Assembly (NCBI GenBank): GCA_051313645.2
Contig: JBNRSN020000003.1
Span: 422,096,001-422,160,000 of the forward strand
Reading direction: 5' to 3'
DNA length: 64,000 nt
Origin: Centroscyllium fabricii
Lineage: Eukaryota
Below, piece after piece: positions 22,908 through 35,401 of the stretch; the stretch's first letter is position 1; each line of letters begins with the position of its first letter. The notes under the pieces were generated by a model, which was given only the letters and a program-made list of their open reading frames with translations, had not been told where the DNA came from and made no database searches. The position numbers and the translations under genes were made by a program.

Positions 22908-23600
22908 CTCAACAACTTGTATTTATATAGCGCCTTTATCGTAGTAAAACGTCCCAAGGCACTGCACAGGAGTGTTATAAAACAAAAATTTAACACCGAG
23001 CCACATAAGAAGAAATTAGGGCCGATGACCAAAAGCTTGGTCAGAGGTTGGTTTTAAGGAGCATCTTAAATGGAGGAGAGAGGGGCAGAGATTTAGGGAG
23101 GGAATTCCAGAGCCTGGGCTCTCGGCAGCTGAAACATAGAAACTAGGAGCAGGAGTAGGCCATTCGGCCCCTCGAGCCTGCTCCGCCATTCAATGAGATC
23201 ATGGCTGATCATCCAAACCCAGTACCCCTCCCCTGCCCTCTCCCCATATCTCTCGATCCCCATCGAGCCTGCATCAACACATATCCCACTCTATCCCCGC
23301 AACCCCACATATTCAATCCCCCTAACACTAAGGGTCAATTTATTCTGGCCAATCAACCTAACCCGCACATCTTTGGACTGTGGGAGGAAACCGGAGCACC
23401 CGGAGGAAACCCACGCAGACACGGGGAGAATGTGCAAACTCCACACAGATAGTACCCGAGGCTGGATTTGAACCCGGGTCTCCAGTGCTGTGAGGCAACA
23501 ATGCTAACCACTGTGCCACCGTGCCGCCCTGAAGGCACGGTCGCCAATAGTGGAGCGATTAAAATCAGGGACGCTCATAAGGCCAGAATTAAAATCATCT
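22908..23600 (-). mobile_element. L2-clade LINE 3' end, split by a V-SINE
   Basis: Reverse complement of the 48120-48762 tail (caacaacttgtatttatatagcgcc..., ggcagctgaa|ggcacgg). Confidence 0.8.
23134..23529 (-). mobile_element. HE1-like V-SINE
   Basis: Full reverse-complement copy with (c)tgaa duplicated at both ends. Confidence 0.92.
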
Positions 23601-26600
23601 CATCTAATCTAATCTAGTACAATTCGGAGATAACACAGGAAGGTTTAATGAAGTTTTCAGGTTATAGTCAAACTGAGAGTTAACAGAAATACGTTTTTCT
23701 ACAATGGTGCCCTCCCACTATCCCCATACAAACTGCATCCTCAGAGCAAAGATTACAGGACATGGCCCACAGTAAATGGACACACTCTGAACATACTCTT
23801 TCTTCTATTACTCCTAAGGGGCCATGGTAGATAGCATTCATAAAGTCTACTCCACCTTCAGAGAGTGTATCCAGTACATGGATACATTCACATTCATTTG
23901 TATAGCTAAGCAAAATAAATATTCGGGAGAAGGAGAGGCTTTGCAGAAAGTATTTTCAGGAAATTTTTGCCTTAATTGCTATTGACCACTATCCCAAAGA
24001 GTAACCTTCCTATTTAACAACAACTTGTATTTACATAGCACCCGTAATGTAGTAAAACATAAAAAATATATTGTTCAATAGTTGGCAAATAACTCATGAA
24101 AGTGTGCAGCAACATATATTAAAACCTTTAACTTTTATATGAAAAATATGCGTAACATTGTGTGTTTAAGGGAGACAGTACTGTTAGGAATAAACATTCT
24201 GTGCATGAAGTGATGACATCAGATATATTTTGAGTTTGGATTTGTTGTGGTCAATTTATATTTTGATGTACAAATCAAAATGTATTTAGGGGGCTCCTCT
24301 GATGGCATGCCATTCCCTGCTTGAAACAGCAAAGTTATAGGGAATCCACAGTGGGTATCTAAAAAACACAAACGGATCAAACACGTCAACAGCAATGCTT
24401 GGAAATGAACACACTTGTGGGAATCCTCTGTTCTGCCATCATCACATCAATTATGCTTCACTCTTTCAGTGAGGCAACTGCTCTTCCTTCAAGGCTCCAC
24501 TGTTTGAAGGATCTGTGCTGTAAAGATTAACCCACCCAACCCTGATCCATCCCAGTGAGCTGCAAATTAAAAATGGTGGAAAGCTCTCTAAATGATTTAA
24601 TTAATTGTAACTATCGATAAACATTAAAAAATATGTACGTGATTAATAATGTTGCCATTAAAATGTAGGTGATTTTTTGTGCAAAGAATCTTCAAGAACA
24701 ATTTACCACACCCAATAATGTTTTGCACCAATATTTATATAGAAATAACCCCAAGGAGAGCAGGTTTTGTTAGAAAAGCCTCTTTTTAAACCTTATAATT
24801 CAGTATATCTACATATAATGACGTGGGGGAGTCGACTTGTACACTCCGGATTCCCCACAATTTCAAAGTTTTGCTCTGCTTCACTGTTGAGATGTGATTA
24901 CTTCAGGACATTTTGATCAATTATCTTGGACTTCTATCTAGTGTAGTTCACATCAATTGTTGAAGGCAAAAGATAATGGACCAAGTATTCTTGAGCAATA
25001 ACACTTCATCCAGCACTAAAAGGAAAAAGATTTGTCAGCTACTTGCATGTTGAAGATAGTGTAACATTTTACCAAGCCACCTCTGTTTTTCATAAAAGTA
25101 TAGCTGAAGGATTGTAACATTTTTAATACCTCTGCACTGTGATTATGTTGTGTATTTTCTGTAACTTTATATACACAATTAATGCAATGCTTTCTATGCT
25201 AGCACTTACGTAACAGCTTCCAAAATTACCACTGAAGATTAAGAACTTGAGTTTGCCCAATTGTCAGTCTAAATGTTTTTCCAGTTTCAGTAGCTCCAAA
25301 CTTTGGTCATCAAAGTAATTTTCGATGGCCTAGCAAAGGGAGCCAAATCCATAATCTGGTTGCTAACAATTTGAACAGTGCAGTCTGAAAGAGTCAGTCA
25401 TAAACAACGACAAATGCCATTACCATTTCCTAAAAAAAAGTTAATTAATTTCCAATAGCCCAAAGTTAATAATTATTTCTACGAAATTTTGCTCCAACAC
25501 GTAAAACTTTGCAGAAAGTTCAGTGTCGATATTCATGAAATTAGTAAACAGATGAGAATTTTACGGTGTCAACTTAAGGAAGGTCACTTAGCTGACAAAA
25601 GGTACCCAAAAGTTTCATAGGTTGCTTTACAAGAGCAGCTCTTAGAAATCCTGCTTTTTGATGCTAGGGATTGACAGGCAATTAAATCAGTGCTCTCAAA
25701 ACACAGAAGTTAGTGAGAAACCAAAAATAACTAGTCACCTTCATAATGGGTAATAAAAATTGCACACATGAACATTATTTAACCAGAGGATCAGTGCAGT
25801 TTTACTAGTGTGGGCACAGGTCCCCGACAATGGGCTGAAATATTCTTGAGTACTAATGGTACACACCAAAGAGAAAAAGTAAACTTTCAAATCACAGAGA
25901 AAGCTCAACGCAGATCAATTAAACGCACTGATTTTTAGCCTATGACATGTCGTCAGTCAGTAAGATGTAGCATTTTCATTCATGTGTATGGTGTACTTAG
26001 GTTACTCACTCAGTTAGCTGAACCATTTATATATTTTAGTAGATATATAGCACCAGAATGGTCATTGTAAGCTCATTAATTCAAGTACTTAAACTGAAGA
26101 ACATCTTACAATGGCTTTGTAGATGAATCGATAGGGATATACAATATTTTCTGTACTTTATCACTTTTTGCACACTTCATCATTTTCTTCCTTTCAGCTG
26201 AAGGACACACAAGTGAGATATGGGCTTTTCAATGACAGAAGACACACTTGCTGTTGTGAAAAACTGCTGGTCTCACTCTTTTCTTTGCTCGGACTGATGA
26301 AACATATTACGAGTGTGACTGGTTGATTTGATTTCTTTTTGAATGCTTAAATGACTTTTATAAAGCCATTACACAACCCATTCCTTAACAAGTTAACCAT
26401 CAGTCATCTGAAACAAAAAGTTTCAAAGCTGTCCAACTCAAGTTTGTTTCTTCCCTCACTCCTCCTCCAGTGTACTGACATCATATTCCAATCTGGGCAT
26501 CGACTCATTTTTTTTGCAAACATGAAAAGCCCTTTGAAAATATTGCTTGTTTTTCAGTCTCTTTGTGATGTACAGGAGGTATTAAATTGAGCTAACACAA

Positions 26601-27179
26601 TTGATAAAACAGTAATTATTAATTCTGTAATGTACCAAAATACCAATACAAATTATTGACACGAGGTACAAGAGTTATACTTCAAAACTATTTTTGGAAC
26701 ATTTTTATTGATGCATTTAACTTTGCACTTGGAAAATGCTACTTGTGCTTTCATCATATACCAGAATTAGTGTTAGTCAATATTTAAATTTTTAAAAAAA
26801 CATTTAAAAAGAAATGTTTTCTATATGGGATGTAATATTTTCATTTCATGTACCTTTATGCACTGGTATTGCAGAATGCAGAATTTACTCATTACTGTAG
26901 AATGGCTTCACCTACTTACTAAAGCCACTCCAGGTACTACACTTCCAGAAATAGTAACCAGCAAAATAAAAATGAACTAAAATTTCAAAGTGGATTGAAA
27001 TGCACAGGTTAAGTAATGTTTTTCTGGTCATAGCTGAGAGCCCTCTAATGCAGGCGAGAACTGTTTAAACATTACCCTGGCACGATGAACTAATCTCTCC
27101 CTTGCTAGTGAGATAATGTGACCCCCAGAATGCATAAAGTCACCCAAAAAGCGAACAAAAGCAGCTCTCAAAAATACAG

Positions 27180-27391
27180 NNNNNNNNNNNNNNNNNNNNN
27201 NNNNNNNNNNNNNNNNNNNNNNNNNNNNNNNNNNNNNNNNNNNNNNNNNNNNNNNNNNNNNNNNNNNNNNNNNNNNNNNNNNNNNNNNNNNNNNNNNNNN
27301 NNNNNNNNNNNNNNNNNNNNNNNNNNNNNNNNNNNNNNNNNNNNNNNNNNNNNNNNNNNNNNNNNNNNNNNNNNNNNNNNNNNNNNNNNNN
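27180..27391. other. Assembly gap
   Basis: Run of N. Confidence 0.99.
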
Positions 27392-29069
27392 GTTGGCACA
27401 TCTGGACTGCAATGCCACAGCTGAGGGTGAACAATGGCTCTTGGCAAGTGGCCAAATTGCTTGCAGACGCTAGCAGGTTTGATCCACAACCACCCTACCG
27501 GCTTTTTATGTGAATCAGATTTCAGAGTGTTAAATGCTCCTCTGCCGTTTTTTTACAGCCCTTATCGGCCCCACCGAATATGGCCTTGAGACAGCTCATC
27601 CATGTCCTTTTCCACTTTATCTGTCGAAACTTTTAATAAAACTTCACGTTTCATCCCTAGATAGTTAATTAAATCTTTTGACAGATTATACTCCAGAAAA
27701 GGCTTTTAAAAAAGAAAAATTGCTGAAAATCTACTTTTACAATCTGATGGTATTTTGTGGATGAGGTTTCAATGTTAAACCTTTTACGTAAAAGTACTCT
27801 GATTGGTAACACAGACAGAAACGGGAGTATATTAGAAACCATTAACCCAGGCGAGAATGGATCTGTATGCTTAAAACATCAGATTGTGAGAGCGTGTTTT
27901 ATTTTAAACTTCAGCGGTGTATGGGATTTAAAAACAAATCCATGACAAAAATATATCCAAAATACATGTACCTTTGTCCACAACTAGACAGTTTTACATG
28001 TTGTAGTAGCTAATGATGTTTTACTATTTCGCATTCAGGTATAGAAGATTAGAAATATTCATTTGGTCAGTGTTTTAAAGGTCTACCAACTCCCGAGTTT
28101 CACATTAAAAAGGCTAAAGGACTTCAAGAATAAACATTAGATTCTTAGCAAACCTTTTTTTTCCCCTTCCAACAAAAAAGTAGTCTTATTTTAGAATTCA
28201 TATTTTCGGACCCTTCCGTAGAGCCCTGAAGGCTATCCATCTGGTGCATTAAAAAGTCAAGCCGACATGCTCCGATGATATCGACTAAGGGGATCCCCAT
28301 GGACTGCAGCCACTACCTAGCACTAACAACACTGTAGTTGGTACGTTTCCAGACCAATCAGGAGTGGTCTTTTAAGCTCAGACCCCACTGAGATTTGAAT
28401 AAGTTTTTGCAAAATCTCTACAGGGATTACACTTTTCTAGGTATTTTTTGAAAAAAGTTACCAATTAGTCTTGAAATGAACCAAACTATGCCACCAACAA
28501 TGCCAGCTCGCGGACATGGTCTGCTGGAATCCCCTTGATGGATGTCAGAGCAAGTCGGTTTGTCTTTTTAAATGCATCCCTAAAAGATCTGCAGAACAGC
28601 TTGCAAGAACTTTTAAAAGATTGAATTAATTACTTACCCCATTTTACAGTTTGTTTGAAAAGTGAACTGAACATCATAATACAATGAATGAATGTTAATG
28701 TCATAGTCTGTTTTTAAATGTATTGGGGTACCATTATTAAATGCTAAAATGGAGCCAGTGCAGGTAGTTCCAAGATAGGTTCATTATTACAAAGAATATT
28801 ATTACAATCTTGTTTCCATTATCCCAACTTCAAGATTATTTTCTCATTTTGCAATGGTCATCAATGGTAATGGATCTATATTACTGAGTACTAAATAGTA
28901 CCTGCACATAATTAAAAAGACTAGTAAATGACAGCATTGGAGCACCAGTCAAAAGAATTACAGAACTACTCGCACAAACGGAGGCCAATGTGCCAACTGC
29001 ACCTGCTAACTCTTGAACCAAAACTCTCAACTCTAATCTAATTTTCCTGCTCTTTTCCTCACATATTAC

Positions 29070-29432
29070 GGGGCGGCACGGTGGCATAGTGGTTAGCATT
29101 GTTGCCTCACAGCACTGCAGACCCGGGTTCAAATCCAGCCTCAGCTACTATCTGTGTGGAGTTTGCACATTCTCCCCGTGTCTGCGTGGGTTTCCTCCGG
29201 GTGCTCCGGTTTCCTCCCACAGTCCAAAGATGTGCGGGTTAGGTTGATTGGCCATGATAAATTGACCCATCGTGTTAGGGGGATTGAATATGTGGGGTTA
29301 CGGGGAGAGGGCAGGGGCGGGCTCCTGGGTTTGGATGATCAGCCATGATCTCATTGACTGGCGGAGCAGGCTCGAAGGGCCGAATGGCCTACTCCTGCTC
29401 CTATCTTCTATGTTTCTATGTCTATGTTTCTA
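29070..29432 (+). mobile_element. HE1-like V-SINE (lacks the middle tail block)
   Basis: tRNA head, V-domain and CR1 tail; shorter than sister copies between ggggttacgggga and gagggcagggg. Confidence 0.92.
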
Positions 29433-29699
29433 TTATATTCTTCCTTTTCAAAGAATGATCCAATTTCCTTTTAAACACTGTTATAATCTTTGCCTCAGCA
29501 GCTACCGGTGGTAAAATATTTCATGTTCTAACAACAATGGGAAAAAATGTCTTGTAACTTCCCCCTTCATTGCCCAGTGATAATCTCAGACTATGACATC
29601 TTGTTACCAACCTGTGGAAACAACCTTGCACTATTTACCCTCTTGGAACTTTTCAGATTTCTGAAAGTTTTTTTTAGGTCCCCCTTAACTCTATCTCCT

Positions 29700-30910
29700 A
29701 CATATCATAGGATATTAAGCTACAAGATGCAGAACGTCTCAGGTTCAATTCCCAGTCTGTTATCCGTTCTCACTGGGTTAGCTGATCTCAGCCAGGATGC
29801 GATTATTGCTGCAGTCTCCCTGAGCTGGGCGTAGGATGAAGAAATGTCAGGTTTCCCACCCCTGATTGCGATTCAGCAACTCCTACTGAAAAGTTTGTAT
29901 AAAAGTTAATTGAGGACAGGATTGGGCTCAGTAATCTTGCCCATGAGACCCACGTCCTGCTCACTCAACTCTATTCCCACTAAAGTGCTCACTACCCAAC
30001 TTCCTTTTTTGGCCCCCATGCCAGCTGACATTGTAAACAGTTCCCTCCCCTCACTGGCCACAGTCTCAAGCTCAACCGAGTATTGGTAACCTCAGCACCC
30101 TATTTGACCCTGAACTGAGCTCCCAACTCCATATCCTCACCATCACAAAGACTGTCGGCTTCCACCTCCATAACATCGCCCACATCCAACCCTGCCTCCA
30201 CACTTGCTTATTCCAATGCTCTCCTGGCTAGCCTCCCAGCTTCCACCATCCATAAGCGTGAGCTCACCAAACTCTGGTCCCCGTATCCTAACCCACACCA
30301 AGTCCTGCTCACCCGTTACAACTGTGCTTGCTGACCTACATTGGCTCCCCATCCGCCAACACCTCAAATTTAAAATTCTCATCCTTGTGTTCAAATCCCT
30401 CCATGGCCCTTCACTGTAACCACCTCCAGCCCTACAACCCTCCAAGAACTCGGTGTTCCCCCAACTTTATGGACATATGCATCCTACACCCCACCATTGC
30501 CGGTTGTACCTTCAGCCATCTAGGCCCCAAGCTCTGGAATTCTCTCTCTAAACATCTCTGCCTCTCTGTCTCCCTCTCCTCCTTTAAGACCCTCGTTAGA
30601 ACCTACCTCTTTGACCAAGCTTTGAATCACCCATCCTAATATTTTCTGCTTTGGCTCGGTGACAATTTTGTCTGATTATGAGTATCTTGGGATGTTTTCC
30701 TCCATTAAAAGGCCTATATGAATGCAAGCTGCGGTTGTTGTAGTTGTGATGCCTCATGATTGACTAGCTTGCCGACATTCATCGTTCAGACTCGCACAGC
30801 TGTATAATGGATGACCATTTGGCCAAAGTACAGCTCCTGTGAACCATACCCTAGAAAGAGTAGTATCTAAAGATGAAAAATGTGGAAGGGAGAAAGTTGG
30901 ACAAAAAAAA
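29700..30910 (+). mobile_element. Old SINE (MER131-like) interrupted by an L2 fragment
   Basis: ggttcaattcccagtc...gggttagctgatctcagcc...gaggacaggattgggctcag stops at ~29932 and resumes as tgtgatgcc at ~30745. Family name is from recollection only. Confidence 0.45.
30060..30745 (+). mobile_element. L2-clade LINE 3' fragment
   Basis: RILTHTKSCSPVTTVLADLHWLPIRQHLKFKILILVFKSLHG and LWNSL...SFKTL.RTYLF; tail matches 48120-48762. Confidence 0.85.
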
Positions 30911-31301
30911 AATCAATCAAACATATAAAAATAATGTCAAAGGGGAAGGTCAAGAGATCCTAAATATATGGATAAGTATAAAGAATCAGTACTTTCTCTG
31001 CCTAGAAGGATAAGTAATTAGGCTCCCCCCAAAATTAGTTTTCTTAGAAATGAGTTTTTATGTTACCCCCACAAAGCTCCGGATACATCTATTTTAATGA
31101 AGCAAGTGTTTTGAAATTGTGTCCAACAAGGCGACTCCCTTGCACCAAATCCACAGCAACTTTGCTGGTGTATTTTTGTTAACTGTCTGTTTACAAATGA
31201 ATCTTAGGCCTTTTTAATACGGAAAAAATAAAACAGTGAAGCGAACCACAAAGTTCACTCATCCAGATGCACTCTTCCTTCTCGGGTTGTCAATAAGAGA
31301 C

Positions 31302-31447
31302 TCATCCTTGGGCAGCCGGTTCTTGTTTGACACAGATGTTAACCTTCAGGCCTTTGCCATTTGATTTAAACCAGCCTTTGGTTTTACCCAACCATGTGGT
31401 CGTGTTTTTTTTTTGTAAATAAGTTGCTCCCAGCTCGAAAATAGATG
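31302..31447 (-). other. Candidate alternative MAPKAP1 exon (48-aa terminal extension, or 60-bp cassette ending at 31388)
   Basis: Long polypyrimidine tract plus ctcccag| acceptor, phase 1 like the donor at 32323. Open frame ASIFELGATY...QEPAAQG*. Possible donor TGG|gtaaaa at 31388; ATTAAA near 31213-31218. No transcript evidence available. Confidence 0.3.
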
Positions 31448-31894
31448 CTGGGAGCATGGAAGACGGAAAAAAAAAAACAGTGTGTGGAAAAAGGAGATGG
31501 CTAGAATAGAATAAAATTAATAAAATAAAGGGTAAGGGTAAAGAATAACTAAGGAGGGAGAAACACCAATTGCGAGCACAGGCAATGTGATTTTTTACTT
31601 TTATGTAAAATTGTGGTTTAGCTATTTTGATTTGTAGCTCAGGGTAATTTCTCTGATATTTCTGTATCAATATATTACACCTTTTTTCAGCATCAGTGCA
31701 TTTGCTGAAAATGTACAAGTATGGGCAGCAAAAGTTTTTCTGAACCGATATGCAATCTAAACGTTAACAATGGGAAGGCTAGTTTTAACAATGCAAAGTT
31801 TAAAGATCCAAATGTACCAAAAATGCCATACAATTACAAAAGCACAGATGCAAGAGTCACTAGTCACGTTACATCAATGTCCATTGAAACACAA

Positions 31895-32262
31895 CATACA
31901 GAAACACAGAAGATTGGAGCAGGAGTAGGCCATTTGGCCCTTCGAGCCCGCTCCGCCATTTTGATGAGATCATGGCTGATCATCCAAACCCAGCAACCCC
32001 CTCCGACCCTCTCCCCATATCACCCAACACCAAGAACTATATCTCACGCACATACCCATGGGCAATTTTTAGTATCTCCAATTCACCTAATCTGCATGTC
32101 TTTGGGTGGTGGGAGGAAACCGGAGTACCCGGAGGAAACCCACACGAACACAGGGAGAACATGCAAACTCCACGCAGAGGGGTCCCGGGCCAAGCAGGAT
32201 TCGAACCCAGGAGGTCCTTATTGCGAGACAGCAGTGCTAACCACTGCGCCACCATGTCGTCC
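31895..32262 (-). mobile_element. V-SINE, divergent subfamily
   Basis: tRNA head, V-domain (ggagtttgcatgttctccctgtg) and the same CR1 tail, but a different middle. Ends ~60 bp from the MAPKAP1 donor. Confidence 0.85.
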
Positions 32263-32322
32263 AAATTGTATATTACTGGACTCAATTTAGTCACTTTAAA
32301 ATTCTTGGCTTCTCATTTTTAC

Positions 32323-32435
32323 CTGCAGCCTTTTGTGAACCTTTTCTCCTTTTCAGAGCCTTCTGCAGCATCTCCTTCATGGTGACATTCATACTGTCAA
32401 CTTGAATGAGAGAGAATCCACTCTGCGGTGCATTA
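32323..32435 (-). CDS. MAPKAP1: MAPKAP1/SIN1 next coding exon (113 bp; start of Ras-binding domain; corresponds to human exon ~7)
   Basis: Not in the ORF track. Reads T|[37 protein letters not shown]|G, matching SIN1 [37 protein letters not shown] (recalled). Acceptor cctctcttattgcag|, donor CAG|gtaaaa. Its phase-2 start joins the AT ending the upstream exon (ATT=Ile). Confidence 0.95.
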
Positions 32436-33495
32436 CTGCAATAAGAGAGGAATAATAATCAATTATAAAAGTCAGTTGAAGAACATTTGAAACTCTTTCA
32501 GCAAGTTTAATAATTTCTAGATTATATTGACTACATCTAGATCGAGATTAAAACAGTTTAGCAGAACAGACTACATTACCTGTTTTAATACAGATTGCAT
32601 TTTAGTGTAGACAACTGCATAGCTGTGCCTGGTTTAATTTAAAGCTGCTCACATCAGATAGTGTTTAGACTGAGACGGATAAACCCAACTCACAAAGAGC
32701 AGTAATTAAGATCAGATGAAAAACTCAGTTATAAAATCAATTTGTGAAGTTCTAAATTGACAGATTGTTGCAACATATGAAGTTATGACACTTAGAGAAA
32801 ATATATATCCTCTATAACAAAAGTGAATTTATCAGAAGGTGCAAAGTACAATATTCACCCAGTTATCTCTTCTAGAAATATAGACAAGCAAACAGATAGT
32901 CAAATTATCCCAATAATTTTTCAGAAATACAGAGAGTAATTTGAGTTTTAGTTCTATGTGGAAGTGTATGATCAGATGAAGTATAACAGGCATCAAAAGC
33001 TGTATGAAGTGATTTGCATAATACTTAAACAAATCAGTGAGTCAATATTTAATTATTAAGATTGCAATATTCCATTCTAAATTGGTGTCAAAAAGGATGC
33101 GCTGGACTTTGGAGATCTAAAACAGCAATCATTTTTTGTGTCATGATTCGTGTAGCTGTCAGCTACTTTTTTAGTACCAATTCTCTCGCTCTGGAATTTA
33201 AACAGAATGAAGTGAACAAGACTGAGAATTTGTCAGATCAGCTGTTCTTGACACCCACTGAAGATTGTAGCATTTTTCTGCTTTAGATATGAATACATCT
33301 GAAACCCATTTGAAGATTGTGCTTAAAACTCCCTTAGTCAGATATTAAACTTGCAAATCCGCGTCCTTTAAAAAGCATTGACTTGACAATAATTCTCAAC
33401 CACAGAAAAGCTCTGGGGAAGTGATATGAAAAATCCAAGTAGCTCTGTTCTGTGGACTCATAAAATTAGGATTATTTAAAGATAGCCAGCAACTC

Positions 33496-33899
33496 GGGGC
33501 GGCACGGTGGCACAGTGGTTAATTCTGTTGCCTCACAGCACTGGAGACCCGGGTTCAAATCCAGCCTCAGGTACTATCTGTGTGGAGTTTGCACATTCTC
33601 CCCGTGTCTGCGTGGGTTTTCTCCGGGTGCTCCGGTTTCCTCCCACAGTCCAAAGATGTGCGGGTTAGGTTGATTGGCCATGATAAATTGACCCTTAGTG
33701 TTAGGGGGATTGAATATGTGGGGTTACGGGGATAGGGTGGGATATGTGTCGGTGCAGGCTCGATAGGGATCGAGGGATATGGGGAGAAAGCAGGGACAGG
33801 GTGCTGGGTTTGGATATCAGCCATGATCTCATTGAATGGTGGAGCAGGCTCGAAGGGCCGAATGGCCTCCTCCTGCTCCTATCTTCTATGTTTCTATGT
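33496..33899 (+). mobile_element. HE1-like V-SINE, full length with TSD
   Basis: Complete copy flanked by AACTC (33491-33495 and 33900-33904). Confidence 0.94.
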
Positions 33900-34659
33900 A
33901 ACTCCTTGCATTTCTGATCCTTAACAGATTACAGAGAGGTCACGGATTTTCCCACATCTGTGGAACTGATCGGAGCTCAGACCTTTGGATCTATGTCATA
34001 AGTCCAACTTTATAAATTAGTTCTTCATCTCCTACATCTAAATTAAATTGTCATTTCAAAACATTTCGCTTAACGGCGAGGGGTAACTACTTATTCAAGA
34101 TTTTGTATGAAATTTTCATTAAAAAGGACACACAAAACCCTGTAGAGTAGTTTAAAGTCAAGCTACATTTCAATTTATACCCTAAGCTTGGAGGTGAAAG
34201 TGAATTCCAATTAGCAATGAAGATCAAAAAGCCTGGTTTCTGAATAGGGATGGTTCGCATTGTTTAACATAGTTACCATATTGGAGATTTTCTAGAAAAG
34301 TTTTTTGATAAACTGTTGGGAGGCTACATTTATGTGGAAATAAGTTTTTTTTTTTTTTGCATTCTTATTTGGAGTTGACAAATCTGTAAGGGCAGCAGGG
34401 AAGAAGTGAAATATCTTCCAACGGTTGGTATAAAATTCAACCTTCATCTGGTTACTCCAAAGATTTGCTTTGTAACTTTCCTTCCAAGTTGCATTTCCAG
34501 CATTCATAAAGTACTTTTTGTCAATAGGTTTACACGAATAATAGTAATTTACATTTTTAAATCTGTACAGTCATTTTGACTTTCATGTGTTTTGTTCTGA
34601 TTTTACAATCCAGAAACACTGACCACGGATGCAAAAAAGACATTAAGCTTGTAAGCTAA

Positions 34660-34855
34660 ATGTCAACCTCGACTCAGTGGCAACACTCTTGCCTCAGAGT
34701 TAGGTCATGCATTCAAGCCCCACTCCAGGATTTGAGCACATAATCTAGGCTGACATTTCAGTGCAGTTCTGAGGGAGTACTGCATTTTTGGAGGCGTCGT
34801 CATTTGGATGAAATGTTAAACCGAGGCACCATCTGCCTCTTCAGGTGGATGTATA
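34660..34855 (+). mobile_element. Deu-domain SINE (SacSINE1/AmnSINE1-like) 5' part
   Basis: ttcaagccccactccagga.ttgagcacataatctaggctgaca...cagtgcag..ctgagggagt.ctgca; homologous to 53260-53580. Confidence 0.65.
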
Positions 34856-35237
34856 TTCAATTCAATTCAATTTTATTGTCATTGCAGTGTACTAGTACAA
34901 TACAACGAAACGTAGACTCGCCGCTCCCCAGAGTAGTGCAAATAAGTTACATGGGTTGCATACAATAAAGTACATTTCAGGTGTGCAGATAATGGAGTTT
35001 TTTGTTAGAGTTCAGGAGACTGACAGCCCTGGGGAAGAAGCTGTTCTTGAATCTGGTCGTGCGGGTGCGAATTGAGCTGTTGCATCTCCCGGAGGGCAGG
35101 GGGGTGAACAGACTACGGCTGGGGTGTGTGGGGTCTTTAATAATGTTCCGAGACCTCCGTAGGCAGCGTTTCAGGTAGGTGAATTCAATTGATGGTAGCT
35201 GGGTGCTAGTGATTCGTTGGGCAGTGACACTGCTCAA
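34856..35237 (-). mobile_element. Rex1/Babar-type LINE 3' fragment
   Basis: AQRIT.TQLPSI...Y.KRCLRRSRNIIKDPTHPS..LF..LPSGR....IRTRTTRFKNSFFPRAV.LLN; tail gacaataaaa(ttgaa)n. Confidence 0.88.
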
Positions 35238-35401
35238 AAAAGAACTGAGAAAGTGTGAAGTATATGCGAGTTGGATCTCCCTCTGGACTCTTAATAGTGT
35301 GCCTCATTCTGAAAATTCGGAGCAGTATCCTACCACCGCTCCCCCACCCCCGCTGCACAAAGTTACCTCCAGCCAAATTACTTACAAAATAGCCATACAA
35401 T

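Noticed and set aside
1-31000. Search for the next MAPKAP1 exon (GPQYRLEKQ...WEFCLVREN), and for the preceding exon beyond 50021
   Set aside because: Not found by eye; probably outside the window, although an exon hidden in a gap or missed by me cannot be excluded.
33496-33570. tRNA-like sequences with A and B boxes (seven copies)
   Set aside because: These are SINE heads fused to V-domain and LINE tails, not tRNA genes.
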